Under the pieces are notes generated by a model that saw only the letters and a list, made by a program, of their open reading frames with translations, was not told where the DNA came from and made no database searches. The translations under genes and the position numbers were made by a program. Source: an uncultured Chloroflexia bacterium (lineage in GTDB: Bacteria; Chloroflexota; Limnocylindria; QHBO01). From it: DNA of 64,000 nt. Position 1 is the stretch's first letter; each line of letters begins with the position of its first letter. Location of the stretch: NCBI GenBank assembly GCA_963825905.1, contig CAWGUL010000002.1, forward strand, positions 40,574-104,573, given 5' to 3'. Positions 20,121-30,992 of the stretch are shown here, piece after piece.

Positions 20121-23100
20121 TCAGATCTCCCGGCTCGGCTCCGGCACGAGTCCGAGGCGCAGCGCCCGCGTTACCGCCTCCACGCGGCTGCGTACCCCGA
20201 GCTTGCCCTTGATGTTCGTGAGGTGGACGCTCACGGTCTTCGGGGTGATGAAGAGCCGGTCGGCGATTTCCGGGTTCGAATGGCCGGCGACGACGAGGAC
20301 GAGCACGTCCAGCTCACGAGGGGTGAGCGGCTCCACCAGCCTGCCCTGGTCCGCGCTCCAGCCGGGATCTGGGCCCATGAGATCGAGGTCGAGCCCGGCG
20401 CGCCGCCCGAGGGCCAGGACCGACTCGACGACCGGCTCCGCCCCGAGACGGCGCGCGATCGCGAGGGCCGAGCGCAGCGGCACGGCCGCGGCGCGGGCGG
20501 CGGAGCCGCCGGCCCGCAGCAGCGCTTCGCCGTGCCGCCAGCGGGCAATCGCCTCGTCATGCTCGTGGTCGAGCGCGGCCCACGCCCCCGCGGCCGCCAC
20601 CCACGCGGCCGGATCGGTCCGTCCCGCGGCGCGGGATGCCTCGGCGGCCAGTTGGAGGACCTCGGCTTCGAGGTGCTCCGAAGGCGTGGCGACCGCCCGC
20701 ACCGCGGCGAGGTGGTCGTTGAAGCGCGCGACCAGCTCGCGCGCCGTCGCATCGAGGGCGGCGAGCTCCGCGGCGTCGCCGCGCACGCCCTGGTCGTCGC
20801 GCAGGTCCCCGACGGCACGCAGCCCCCGGATCGCCAGCCAGCGCCAGGAGCCGGAGACGGCGGGCGTCGCGTCCGCCTCGAGCGCCGCCAGGCCCGCGAG
20901 GCATTGCGCGAGCGCCTTCGCCGGTCGACCGGCGTGCAGCGCCACGAGGCTTCGCTGCTCGTGCGGACCGGTCCAGCCCGTCACCCGCTGCGCCGCGCTC
21001 ACTCGATCGGCGGTCGCGAGCGCCGCCTCCGCGGCCTCGAGACGACCTCGCGAGGCCTCGAACTCGGCGACGACGAGCGACAGCCACGCGAGCGGGAGGC
21101 CGCGCGGGGCCCGCGCCTGCCCCTCCGCGATGAGCCGCTCGGCGAGCTCCCACCTTCCCCGCAGGAAGGCGCGGTCGATGGCGATCGCGTTCATCGTCTC
21201 GCCGTAGGTGTGCTGAAGCCCCGCCGCCTGGACGGATTCGATGCCCTCGGTGACGACCGCGAGCGCCTCGTCGAGGCGGCCGGCCTCGTGGAGCGCCTCG
21301 GACAGGTTCGAGCGGTCGATCGCCTCCTCCCCCACCTGCCCGATCTCGGACGAGATGGCGAGTGCCTCGCGCAGGCAGGGGACCGCCCCTTCCGCGTCGC
21401 CGACGAGCAGGCGCGCCATGCCGAGCGCGCCGAGCGCGCGGCCCTCCTCCCGCCGCGCGCCGACGGCTCGCGAGACCCGGACCGCCTCGTCGGCAAGTGA
21501 CCGGGCCTCGTCGATGGCAGGGCCCATCAGGAGCGCCGAGGCCAGCCGCGACAGGACCCACGCGCGCTCGCCGCTCGGCGGCTCGGCCGGCACGAGCGCG
21601 ACCGCCGCACGCCGGTGACGCTCGAACGCGATTCGATCGCCGGCCAGCCAGTACGCCTCGCCCACGCGCGCCTCCAGGATGCCCGCGCCGGCCGGGTCGG
21701 CGGCCGCGTCGTGCAGGACGATCGTCCGCTCCCAGAGCTCCACCGCGCGGGCGAAGGCGCCGCTCCCCTCGGCCGCTTCGGCCGCCATGCGTGTCAGCTC
21801 CGCGACGCTCAGCCCCGTCCCCGCGAGGGCAGCCGGGTCCTGGCTGGCGATCGTCAGCGCCAGGTCGAGGTGGCCGAAGGCCTCGGCCTGCGCGAAGGCC
21901 GCGCTCGCCGCGCGCGCCGCGGTGATGAGCGACGGCACGGCCCGGCGCTCGTCGCCGGCCCGAAGCCAGTGGTTGGCCAGCTCGGCCGGCGCGCGCGCGG
22001 GCGAGCCGTCGCCGAGCGAGCCATCGACCTCGAGCGCCTCCGCGAAGCGGCGGTGGAGCCGCAGCCGCTCCCCCGGGAGCAGGTCGTCGTAGATCGCCTC
22101 CGCGATGAGTGGATGCCGGAAGCGGTAGCGCCCGCTCGTGGGGTCTGTGGTCAGCACGGCGCGATCGACCGCCTCGCGCAGCGAGTCGAGCAGCGCGTCG
22201 TCCGGCATGCGCGCCACCACCTCGAGCAGTGGGTGGGTGACGGAGTAGCCGACCGCCACCAGCCGCAGCACGGCCCGCGTCCGCTCGCGCAGGCCGCGCA
22301 CGCGGGCGAGCAGCACCTCGCGCAGGCTGGTGGACAGGACCACCCCGCTCCCCGCGTCGGGAGCGACGAGCTCCTCGGTGTAGAACGGGTTCCCATCGCT
22401 CCGCGCGTAGGTCTGCGCGAGCAGCTCGGGATCAGGGGCCATGTCGAGGATCGCCGCCACCTGGCGGTCGTGGTCGGCACGGCTCAGGCGCTCGAGCGTC
22501 ATCCGGGTCACCCGCTCCCCGCGCGCGATCTCCGCGAGCATGGGGGTCAGCGGATGACGGGGGTGGAGCGCATCGGTGCGCACGGTGACGACGAGCACGA
22601 TCTGCGCCGAGTGGAGGGTGCGGGCGAGGAAGCTGACGAGCTCGCGCGTCGAGCGATCGGCCCACTGGAGGTCCTCGATGACGAGCACCGATGGCTGCCG
22701 CTGCCCGAGGCGGCCGAGCAGCCCGAGCACCTGGCCGAAGAGGCGCGTCTGCGCCACGCCCAGCTGCGACTCCGCCTCGGCGAGCGACGGGCCGAGCTCG
22801 GGGAAGAGGCGCGCCAGGTCGTGGCGTGCTCGCCCGACCACCTCGAGCGCTGCCGGGTCGCCGGCGGTCGCCTCCTCGACGAGCGGCTGCAGCGCCTCGA
22901 GGATCGGCACATATGGCAGGTTCGCCTCGTCGATCTCCATCGCCGAGCCGCTCAGGGTGCGGCCGCCGCGCGCACGGACGATGGCGCAGAAGTCGTCGAC
23001 GAGGCGGCTCTTGCCGACGCCCGCCTCGCCCTGCACGACGATCACCGAGGCGGAGATGCCGGCGACGGCACGGTCGTAGGCAGACAGCAGGCGGGCTATC

Positions 23101-23147
23101 TCGTCCTCGCGGCCGATGAGGATCGGGCTCGACCCGGGGCGCACCAT
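20121..23147 (-). CDS. LAL-type regulator (large ATP-binding LuxR-family transcriptional regulator)
   Basis: Start set to ATG 23147 ([16 protein letters not shown]; GATAAT box 6 nt upstream). P-loop [10 protein letters not shown], long helical-repeat middle, C-terminal Lux[49 protein letters not shown]. Confidence 0.9.
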   Translation of the reverse strand: MVRPGSSPILIGREDEIARLLSAYDRAVAGISASVIVVQGEAGVGKSRLVDDFCAIVRARGGRTLSGSAMEIDEANLPYVPILEALQPLVEEATAGDPAALEVVGRARHDLARLFPELGPSLAEAESQLGVAQTRLFGQVLGLLGRLGQRQPSVLVIEDLQWADRSTRELVSFLARTLHSAQIVLVVTVRTDALHPRHPLTPMLAEIARGERVTRMTLERLSRADHDRQVAAILDMAPDPELLAQTYARSDGNPFYTEELVAPDAGSGVVLSTSLREVLLARVRGLRERTRAVLRLVAVGYSVTHPLLEVVARMPDDALLDSLREAVDRAVLTTDPTSGRYRFRHPLIAEAIYDDLLPGERLRLHRRFAEALEVDGSLGDGSPARAPAELANHWLRAGDERRAVPSLITAARAASAAFAQAEAFGHLDLALTIASQDPAALAGTGLSVAELTRMAAEAAEGSGAFARAVELWERTIVLHDAAADPAGAGILEARVGEAYWLAGDRIAFERHRRAAVALVPAEPPSGERAWVLSRLASALLMGPAIDEARSLADEAVRVSRAVGARREEGRALGALGMARLLVGDAEGAVPCLREALAISSEIGQVGEEAIDRSNLSEALHEAGRLDEALAVVTEGIESVQAAGLQHTYGETMNAIAIDRAFLRGRWELAERLIAEGQARAPRGLPLAWLSLVVAEFEASRGRLEAAEAALATADRVSAAQRVTGWTGPHEQRSLVALHAGRPAKALAQCLAGLAALEADATPAVSGSWRWLAIRGLRAVGDLRDDQGVRGDAAELAALDATARELVARFNDHLAAVRAVATPSEHLEAEVLQLAAEASRAAGRTDPAAWVAAAGAWAALDHEHDEAIARWRHGEALLRAGGSAARAAAVPLRSALAIARRLGAEPVVESVLALGRRAGLDLDLMGPDPGWSADQGRLVEPLTPRELDVLVLVVAGHSNPEIADRLFITPKTVSVHLTNIKGKLGVRSRVEAVTRALRLGLVPEPSREI

Positions 23148-23153
23148 CCGCCG

Positions 23154-23159
23154 ATTATC
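23154..23159 (-). promoter_or_regulatory. -10-like box GATAAT, 6 nt before the LAL ATG (23147)
   Basis: Minus strand GTGATAAT-cggcgg-ATG; no SD. Confidence 0.45.
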
Positions 23160-23180
23160 ACCCCGCCGTTGCCGCATCGG

Positions 23181-23210
23181 TTGCGACGGCATCGGTCTTG
23201 CCCGCACACT
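23181..23210 (+). promoter_or_regulatory. candidate promoter of the mutase large-subunit gene
   Basis: TTGCGA - 18 nt - CACACT, then 8 nt to ATG 23219; no Shine-Dalgarno. Confidence 0.35.
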
Positions 23211-23218
23211 CCACCCCG

Positions 23219-24967
<1,749 letters not shown>

Positions 24968-25076
24968 GACCTTCGTCCTGCGGCTGAAACCTTTCGCGTG
25001 CCGACCGCCTCGGGATGGGTATGGACCCTGCCCGCTGCCCGGCGTCGAACGACGCGCGCGGCCCGTGGCGAGCACG

Positions 25077-25820
25077 ATGAAGCTCTCCGGGCGCGCCTTC
25101 CTGATCCTGCTGGCCATCGTCGGCCTGGTGATCGTCGTCATCAGCGACCGCTTGCTGCCGGCCAGCTCCGACTACCAGGCGCAGGTGCGCCTGTGGCTCG
25201 CCGCCCGCGCCACCGGCATCGTCGCGCTCGTCCTGCTCGCCGCGGTCGTCGTCTCCGGCGTCGGCCTGAGCCATCCCGAGCAGGCGCGCCTCAAGCAGGC
25301 GAAGCGGGTCTTCCCGTGGCACGAGTCGCTGTGGGTGTTCGTGCTTGCCTTCATCGGCGTCCACATCGTGACGCTCGTGCTCGATTCGTACGCCGACGTC
25401 GGCCTCGCGGGTGCCTTCATCCCGGGGCTCGCCACGTACCGATCCATCCCCGTCGCGCTCGGGACGGTGACGTTCTACGCGCTGCTCATCACGGGCCTCA
25501 CTGCGCGCTGGACGCGGCTCCTGCCGGCAGGAGCGTGGCTGAAGATCCACCGCGTGAGCACAGCGGTGCTCGGACTGGCGTGGGTCCACGGCGTCCTCGC
25601 CGGCACGGACAGCACCTCGCTCGCGCCCCTCTACTGGGCCCTGGCCGCAACCGTGGTGGGGGTATCGGCGACGCGCTACTGGGCGGTGCGTCGCTCGGCC
25701 GCCAGCCGCCGTGCGGCGGCAACCACGCCGGTGCCGGCTCGCGCCACCAGCGCTCCTGCGCGCGCGCTACCAACCAACCAATCGGAGGAACACCATGTCG
25801 ACCCTCACCCTGCGGCGTAG
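25077..25820 (+). CDS. ferric-reductase-domain (FRD/MsrQ-like) di-heme membrane protein
   Basis: 247 aa from ATG 25077; six hydrophobic segments. His pairs WHESLWVFVLAFIGVH (spacing 14) and IHRVSTAVLGLAWVH (spacing 13), as in the bis-heme FRD scaffold. No flavin/NAD or FMN_bind domain. Confidence 0.7.
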   Translation: MKLSGRAFLILLAIVGLVIVVISDRLLPASSDYQAQVRLWLAARATGIVALVLLAAVVVSGVGLSHPEQARLKQAKRVFPWHESLWVFVLAFIGVHIVTLVLDSYADVGLAGAFIPGLATYRSIPVALGTVTFYALLITGLTARWTRLLPAGAWLKIHRVSTAVLGLAWVHGVLAGTDSTSLAPLYWALAATVVGVSATRYWAVRRSAASRRAAATTPVPARATSAPARALPTNQSEEHHVDPHPAA

Positions 25821-26250
25821 CCTCGCCATCGTCCTGGCCGTTGCAAGCCTCGTGGGAGCCGGTGTCGCCGTTGCGCAGATCGGGAGCTGGACGACGGCTT
25901 CGACCTCCTTTGCCCAGCGACCGCCGGACCCGGCCACGATCCTGGCCCGGCTGCGGGACGAGGAGACACGCGCGGCGTCGTTGACCGATCAGCTTGCCGC
26001 CGTCCGTTCGCGCGCCGACGAGCTTGCCGCGGCGCTGGACGCCGCAACCGCCAAGTCGTCCGCTGACGCCGCGACGGCCGCCGACCTGGCTCGTCAGCTC
26101 GCTGATGCCAAGGGCCGCCTCGAACGGCTGACCGCGCAGCTGGCGGCCGCGGGTGCCGCGCGCGCAGCGGTCGCCATCCCGCCACCTGCCCCTCCGGCGC
26201 CGACCGTCACGCCCAGCGGGTGCACCGATGACTGCGGGGGCGACAACTGA
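25795..26250 (+). CDS. anchored Ala-rich coiled-coil protein with C-terminal Cys pair
   Basis: 151 aa from ATG 25795 (GGAGG 7 nt upstream); hydrophobic N-terminus LAIVLAVASLVGAGVAVA, Ala/Leu heptad-like middle, ends PSGCTDDCGGDN; high GC3. Confidence 0.6.
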   Translation: MSTLTLRRSLAIVLAVASLVGAGVAVAQIGSWTTASTSFAQRPPDPATILARLRDEETRAASLTDQLAAVRSRADELAAALDAATAKSSADAATAADLARQLADAKGRLERLTAQLAAAGAARAAVAIPPPAPPAPTVTPSGCTDDCGGDN

Positions 26251-26672
26251 TGGGCCGACCGGTCCTGCATCTGCCGATCGTCGGGGCGGCGACCGCGGTG
26301 CTCTACGCGGGAAGCCTCGGGGTCGTCGCGGTGCTCCAGGGCGCGCATGACGTCGCCGTCGTGCGCGAACGCGCACCATGGGTCGATGGAGCCCACCAGG
26401 CGGCGGTCGAGCGCTCCGCAACCCTGGACGCGATCGAGGCTGCCAACGAGGCGCTCGCCGGCGCGGCGGCCGGCTACGACGCGGCGCTCGCACGCTCGCA
26501 TGCGCTGGACGCGAGCCTCGCGACGCTCGCGGAGCGGGTCGGCGTTGTGACCGGCGCCGCCGCGCAGCTGCCGGCGTCCGTCGTGCTCCCCGCCGCGCCC
26601 CGCGCGGCGGCGATCGCCGCACCGGTGGCGGCACCGGCAACCCACGCCACGACCGGCGCCTCGGGCCACTGA
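26250..26672 (+). CDS. anchored Ala-rich protein ending in a TGAS flavinylation-like motif
   Basis: 140 aa; TGATG start/stop overlap with the previous gene; hydrophobic N-terminus IVGAATAVLYAGSLGVVAVL; C-terminus ...APATHATTGASGH; high GC3. Confidence 0.6.
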   Translation: MGRPVLHLPIVGAATAVLYAGSLGVVAVLQGAHDVAVVRERAPWVDGAHQAAVERSATLDAIEAANEALAGAAAGYDAALARSHALDASLATLAERVGVVTGAAAQLPASVVLPAAPRAAAIAAPVAAPATHATTGASGH

Positions 26673-26674
26673 GG

Positions 26675-27625
26675 ATGCGGATGGCGCTCACCGCCGACGC
26701 ATCCGTGCTGCGCCAGGGACGAGCCATGGGCTCGCCGCTGCGGTTGACCGTCGCCGGCGGGGCGGTCGCAGCGATCGACGAGCTGTGGGCGTCCGTGACC
26801 GCGGACGTGGAGGCGACCGAGGCGGCGCTCTCGCGATTCCGGGCGGCGAGCGACCTCTCGCGCCTCAACGTGGCCGCCGGAAGCGGGGCCTGGCTGCCGG
26901 TGAGCGATCGCCTCCGTCACTGCCTCGCAGTCTCATATCGCGCCGGGCGCGTGACCGGCGGCCGCTTCGACCCGCGCGTCATCGTGCGCCTCGAGGCGCT
27001 CGGCGAGCGTGGGGGCGTCGATCTGCCGCTCGCCCCGGCCGGCGCGCGCGCCGACCGGTGGCTCGAGCTCGACGCGCGGCATCGCCGCGCGCGACTGTCG
27101 GTTCCGGTCGACAGCGGTGGCATCGGCAAGGGGCTCGCGCTCCGCTGGGCGGCGGCGGTCCTGGCGCGCCGGCGCGTCGATCGATTCCTGCTCGAGGCAG
27201 GCGGCGACATCGTGGTCCACGGCGCCGCGCCGGACGACGGCGCGTGGCGGATCGGTGTCGAGGACCCGCATCGCTCCGGTGGCCCGGTGGCGGTCATCGC
27301 CCTCTGCCGCGGTGCGGTCGTCACCTCGTCGACGATGGTGCGCCACTGGACGGCCCCCGACGGCGCGGAGGTCCACCACCTCATCGACCCCGCCACGGGC
27401 GAGCCGGCGGATGGCGGGCTCGCCGCGGTCACCGTCGCCGGGCCAGACCCGGCCTGGGCCGAGGTGTGGTCGAAGGCGCTCTTCCTCGCCGGACGTCGCG
27501 GGATCGGGCTGGAGGCACGCAGGCGTGGCATCGCGGCCTGGTGGGTCGAATCGGACGGTGCCAGCGGGATGACGCCGGCCGCGCGGGCCACCACGAGCTG
27601 GGCGCGCATCGACGCTGATCGCTGA
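26675..27625 (+). CDS. apbE: FAD:protein FMN transferase (ApbE/Ftp family)
   Basis: 316 aa from ATG 26675 (2 nt after the previous stop); AMGSPLRLTV..., SRFRAASDLSRLN, VDSGGIGKGLAL, LLEAGGDIVV, VVTSST..., HHLIDPATGEP are ApbE family hallmarks. Confidence 0.85.
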   Translation: MRMALTADASVLRQGRAMGSPLRLTVAGGAVAAIDELWASVTADVEATEAALSRFRAASDLSRLNVAAGSGAWLPVSDRLRHCLAVSYRAGRVTGGRFDPRVIVRLEALGERGGVDLPLAPAGARADRWLELDARHRRARLSVPVDSGGIGKGLALRWAAAVLARRRVDRFLLEAGGDIVVHGAAPDDGAWRIGVEDPHRSGGPVAVIALCRGAVVTSSTMVRHWTAPDGAEVHHLIDPATGEPADGGLAAVTVAGPDPAWAEVWSKALFLAGRRGIGLEARRRGIAAWWVESDGASGMTPAARATTSWARIDADR

Positions 27626-27640
27626 CCGTCGGCGCGGATG

Positions 27641-27680
27641 GGCCGATCCCGACGATCGCGGGTCCGGGTCGGGATCGGCC
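27641..27680 (+). terminator. perfect 13-bp hairpin downstream of apbE
   Basis: GGCCGATCCCGAC - 14-nt loop - GTCGGGATCGGCC, starting 16 nt after the stop at 27625; no U-tract. Confidence 0.5.
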
Positions 27681-27730
27681 CACACGCAGGGCACGCGCGC
27701 CGCGCCGGCCGCCAGCCTCGCATGCCACCG

Positions 27731-27747
27731 CTTATCCGCCGCTTATC
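27731..27747 (-). promoter_or_regulatory. GATAAGC direct repeat, two copies phased at 11 bp (site 1)
   Basis: Plus strand CTTATCcgccgCTTATC at 27731..27736 and 27742..27747; minus strand reads GCGATAAGCggcgGATAAGCGG. Same motif at 47597..47613 and 58313..58340. Confidence 0.5.
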
Positions 27748-27781
27748 GCGCTGGTGCGCGGGCGCACCGCGCCGTGCCGGG

Positions 27782-27787
27782 TACCAT
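27782..27787 (+). promoter_or_regulatory. -10-like box TACCAT, 9 nt before ATG 27797
   Basis: GGTACCATCGG-tcgcgc-ATG; no SD. Confidence 0.4.
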
Positions 27788-27796
27788 CGGTCGCGC

Positions 27797-28675
27797 ATGC
27801 AGCTCCACCTCGTCGACGCCACGTTCGAGCTCTTCCGCGCCCATTTCTCGCGGCCTGCCGAGGAGGGGCCGGACGGGCGCCCGGTCAACGCGGTGCGCGG
27901 CCTGATCGACAGCATGCTCAGCCTGCTGCGCGAGCCGGACGTGACCCACATCGGCGCGGCGACCGACCATGTCATCGAGTCGTGGCGCAACGATCTCTTC
28001 CCCGGCTACAAGTCGAGTGCCGGCGTCCCGCACGAGCTGCTCGCGCAGTTCGAGGATGCGGAGCGTGCGCTGCGGGCGCTCGGCATCCCCGTGTGGCCGA
28101 TGGTCGAGGACGAGGCCGACGACGCGATCGCGTCGGCGCTCGCGCGCTTCGGCGACGACCCACGCGTCGACCATGTGGTCGTGTGCAGCGTGGACAAGGA
28201 CCTCGCCCAGCTCGTCTCCGGCACCCGGGTGGTGCTGCGCGACCGGATGCGGAAGATCACCTACGACGAGGCGGGCGTGGTCACGAAATGGGGCGTGGCG
28301 CCGGCAAGCATCCCCGACTACCTCGCGCTGGTCGGCGACGCCAGCGACGGATTCCCCGGCCTGCCGGGCTGGGGCTCGAAGAGCGCGGCCGCGGTCCTGG
28401 CGCGCTGGAAGCATCTCGACCTCATCCCGCCGTCGGCGCTCGACTGGGACCTGCCGCTCCGCGGCGCGAGCCGGCTCGCGGCGACGCTCGTGCAGCAGCG
28501 GGATGCCGCGCTCCTCTATCGTCGCCTGGCCACCCTCAACCGCGACGCGGACATCTCCGCCACGCCGAACATCGACAGCCTTGCCTGGCACGGCGTGCCG
28601 CGGGCCGCCTTCGTTGCCCTCTGCGAGGAGCTCGGGTTCGAAACGATCGGGCAGCGGGTTCATCGCTGGGCCTGA
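27797..28675 (+). CDS. 5'-3' exonuclease (FEN / Pol I N-terminal-domain family)
   Basis: 292 aa from ATG 27797 (MQLHLVDATFELFRA); PIN-like N-domain and H3TH segment IPDYLALVGDASDGFPGLPGWGSKSAA. The upstream 53 codons in the ORF track are junk. Confidence 0.85.
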   Translation: MQLHLVDATFELFRAHFSRPAEEGPDGRPVNAVRGLIDSMLSLLREPDVTHIGAATDHVIESWRNDLFPGYKSSAGVPHELLAQFEDAERALRALGIPVWPMVEDEADDAIASALARFGDDPRVDHVVVCSVDKDLAQLVSGTRVVLRDRMRKITYDEAGVVTKWGVAPASIPDYLALVGDASDGFPGLPGWGSKSAAAVLARWKHLDLIPPSALDWDLPLRGASRLAATLVQQRDAALLYRRLATLNRDADISATPNIDSLAWHGVPRAAFVALCEELGFETIGQRVHRWA

Positions 28676-28737
28676 TCCGCGGGCAAATCCGCCCTCGGCG
28701 GTACCTTCGTACAGGTTCGGAGCCTCGGACGCGCTGG

Positions 28738-28743
28738 TAGCGT
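28738..28743 (+). promoter_or_regulatory. -10-like box TAGCGT, 10 nt before ATG 28754
   Basis: TAGCGT-cggtggcccg-ATG; no SD. Confidence 0.35.
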
Positions 28744-28753
28744 CGGTGGCCCG

Positions 28754-29968
28754 ATGTCGAACCGCCTCACCCGGTCCACGGCCGCTCTGCTCCTGGCCGC
28801 GATCGTCACGACACTTCTCGGTGCGCCCGGGTTGCCGCGCGTCGCCGCCGCCGCGTCGTGCACGACCTGGACGAGCGACACCCAGCCGCCGCCCACGATC
28901 CGCGTCTACCGCGCGGCCACCGGATCCGTCGACACGGTGGAGTTCCGCAGCTACCTGAAGAACGTCCTGTCGCGCGAGTGGATCGCCAGCTGGACGACCG
29001 AGTCGCTGCGAGCGGGCGCACTCGCGGTGCGCGCCTACGCCTGGTACCAGGTGCTTCACTACCGCGGCTACGTGACGGGCGACGGCGCGTGCTTCGACAT
29101 CTTCGACACCACGCGCGACCAGGTGTACGACCCGGCCCGACCGACCTACGCGCCGATGGCCGCCGCGGTGGATGCCACCTGGTCGACGCTCGCCACGGTT
29201 GGCGGGCATGTCTTCGCCGCGTACTACAACGCCGGGAGCGCGGGCGAGGCCTGCGGCGCGAATGCGAACGGCTGGAAGCTCTACCAGTGGGGATCGCAGG
29301 CGTGCGGGCAGGCGGGGCGCAGCGCTGCCCAGATTCTCGCCGCCTACTATGCCGGCGTCACGGTGACGGATGCGCCGCCCGCGAGCCCACCGTCGCCCAG
29401 CGCCTCACCGCTGCCGACACCGGTCCCGACCCCGGTGCCAACGCCGGCCGCCTCAGCCACGACCACTCCCCCGTCCCCTGCGGCAACGGCCACCGCGGCG
29501 CCGTCGCTTCCGGCGACGCCGAGTCCCACCCTGGCGCCAAGGCCGACGCCGGCCCCGGCCCCGCCACCGGCCGTGCCCGGCGGTGGGCAGAGCGGTGTCG
29601 TCAACGTTCCCGCCCCTCCGCCCCCACCGCCGCCCGACCCGGCTCCGATCGTCGTCATGCCCATCGGCGCGGAGGTGGCGGGCCGGGTTGAGGCGGCAGC
29701 GGCCACCACCGCGATGCGCCGCGACGCACCCGCGTGGGCGCGCTCGTCCGTCCCGATGCGCCGCGTCCTGGAATGGGCCGAGCGCTCGCCGCGCCTCGGG
29801 GCAGCTTGGCCGATCGTCTTCGACACGCCCGCCCTCGACGGCGCGAGCCCCGCGCTCGCGGCCTTCCGCGCGGTCGCGCAGCGGCTGGCCATGCGCCTGG
29901 TGCGGATGCTGACCGCCGCCCTGCTCGACCACGGCGCGATCGCGGCAGCGGTTCTGCCGCCCCGCTGA
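28754..29968 (+). CDS. secreted SpoIID/LytB-domain protein with Pro/Thr-rich linker
   Basis: 404 aa; signal peptide; FRSYLKNVLSREWIASWTTESLRAGALAVRAYAWYQV is the SpoIID/LytB core; long PT-rich low-complexity middle. Confidence 0.75.
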   Translation: MSNRLTRSTAALLLAAIVTTLLGAPGLPRVAAAASCTTWTSDTQPPPTIRVYRAATGSVDTVEFRSYLKNVLSREWIASWTTESLRAGALAVRAYAWYQVLHYRGYVTGDGACFDIFDTTRDQVYDPARPTYAPMAAAVDATWSTLATVGGHVFAAYYNAGSAGEACGANANGWKLYQWGSQACGQAGRSAAQILAAYYAGVTVTDAPPASPPSPSASPLPTPVPTPVPTPAASATTTPPSPAATATAAPSLPATPSPTLAPRPTPAPAPPPAVPGGGQSGVVNVPAPPPPPPPDPAPIVVMPIGAEVAGRVEAAAATTAMRRDAPAWARSSVPMRRVLEWAERSPRLGAAWPIVFDTPALDGASPALAAFRAVAQRLAMRLVRMLTAALLDHGAIAAAVLPPR

Positions 29969-29975
29969 CCGCTCC

Positions 29976-30926
29976 TCAGGTGTCGAGCAGCCGGCGCGCG
30001 GCGATCTCGGTCGCCGCGAGGTCCTGCGCGGCGAGCCCCACGCTCTTGAACACGGTGAGCGCCCCCGGATCCCGGCCGAGCACCCAGTCGCTGCCAACCG
30101 TCCCGATCTCCACCAGCCCCTCCGCCGTCACGCTCCCCGCCTGGATGGCGGCGAGGACGTCCCCCGCCTCGGCGAGCGCAGCCCGGCGCTCGTCCACCGC
30201 GACGAGGGACGCGGCGCCGAAGAGCGCCGGCGGCAGCTCGACCATGCCCGGCCGGTAGGCGCCGATCCCGTTCACGTGCGCGCCCGGCTCGAGCCAGGCG
30301 GCCTCGAACACGGGCGCGGACGACGTGGTGGCGGCGCAGATGACGTGCGCGCCGCGGACCGCCGCCTCCGGGTCGTCCATGGCGCGGACCGAGATGGCCG
30401 GCCCGAGGTCCTCGGCCAGGCGCGCGGCGAACGGGTCGCGGTGCGCGGGCTCGCGCGCCACCACGCGGACCTCGTCGATCGGCCGCACCGCGCACACCGC
30501 AACGGCCTGCCAGGCGGCCTGGGCGCCCGCCCCGAACAGGGTCAGCACGTGCGCCTCGCGCAACGCGAGGAGGCGGGTCGCGACTCCCGAGGCGGCGCCG
30601 GTGCGCATGGCGGTGATCGTGGCGCCGTCGAATGCGGCTCGCACCTCGCCGGTGGTGGCATCGATCCACAGCACGACCGCGTGGACCGTCGGCAGGCCGA
30701 GCGCGGCGTTTGCCGGCATGACCGTCACGACCTTGACGGTGCCGCCGGCGACGTCGTCGCTCGCGCCCGGCATCGTGATCAGGTCGCCATCGCCGAGCGG
30801 GACCTGGCTGCGCAGCGGAGATCGGTCCCGACCGGCAGCCACGCTCCGGTACGCGGCCTCCACCGCGTCGAGCAGCTCGCCCATCGGGATCGCGGCGCGC
30901 GTCGCCGCGGCATCGAAGAACCGCAT
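29976..30926 (-). CDS. ornithine cyclodeaminase / mu-crystallin family protein
   Basis: 316 aa; OCD/mu-crystallin pattern (GATITAMRTGAASGVATRLLA, LTLFGAGAQA Rossmann); TAGACT box 8 nt upstream. Confidence 0.85.
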   Translation of the reverse strand: MRFFDAAATRAAIPMGELLDAVEAAYRSVAAGRDRSPLRSQVPLGDGDLITMPGASDDVAGGTVKVVTVMPANAALGLPTVHAVVLWIDATTGEVRAAFDGATITAMRTGAASGVATRLLALREAHVLTLFGAGAQAAWQAVAVCAVRPIDEVRVVAREPAHRDPFAARLAEDLGPAISVRAMDDPEAAVRGAHVICAATTSSAPVFEAAWLEPGAHVNGIGAYRPGMVELPPALFGAASLVAVDERRAALAEAGDVLAAIQAGSVTAEGLVEIGTVGSDWVLGRDPGALTVFKSVGLAAQDLAATEIAARRLLDT

Positions 30927-30934
30927 CGTCGCCG

Positions 30935-30940
30935 AGTCTA
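30935..30940 (-). promoter_or_regulatory. -10-like box TAGACT, 8 nt before the OCD ATG (30926)
   Basis: Minus strand TAGACT-cggcgacg-ATG; no SD. Confidence 0.4.
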
Positions 30941-30992
30941 GCCCGCGCTGCTACCGTGACCGACAGGCACGCCGCTTGCGAGAGGAGGAGAC

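Noticed and set aside
20121-23147. LAL regulator as a flag for a secondary-metabolite cluster
   Set aside because: There are no PKS/NRPS/terpene/RiPP-type genes within reach. The neighbours are a hypothetical protein, a GDH-fold protein and the acyl-CoA mutase.
27731-27747. TTATCC within the repeats as DnaA boxes or an origin
   Set aside because: Only 6 of the 9 DnaA-box positions match. There is no dnaA/dnaN/AT-rich unwinding element. The strict 11-bp direct phasing and the GATAAGC core fit a direct-repeat operator better.
29366-29654. Nucleotide-level repetitiveness (ccgac/ccggt/cccga units) that looked like a tandem repeat
   Set aside because: It is the Pro/Thr/Ala-rich linker of the SpoIID-domain protein, read in frame with high GC3. 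It is a low-complexity coding region, not a repeat element.
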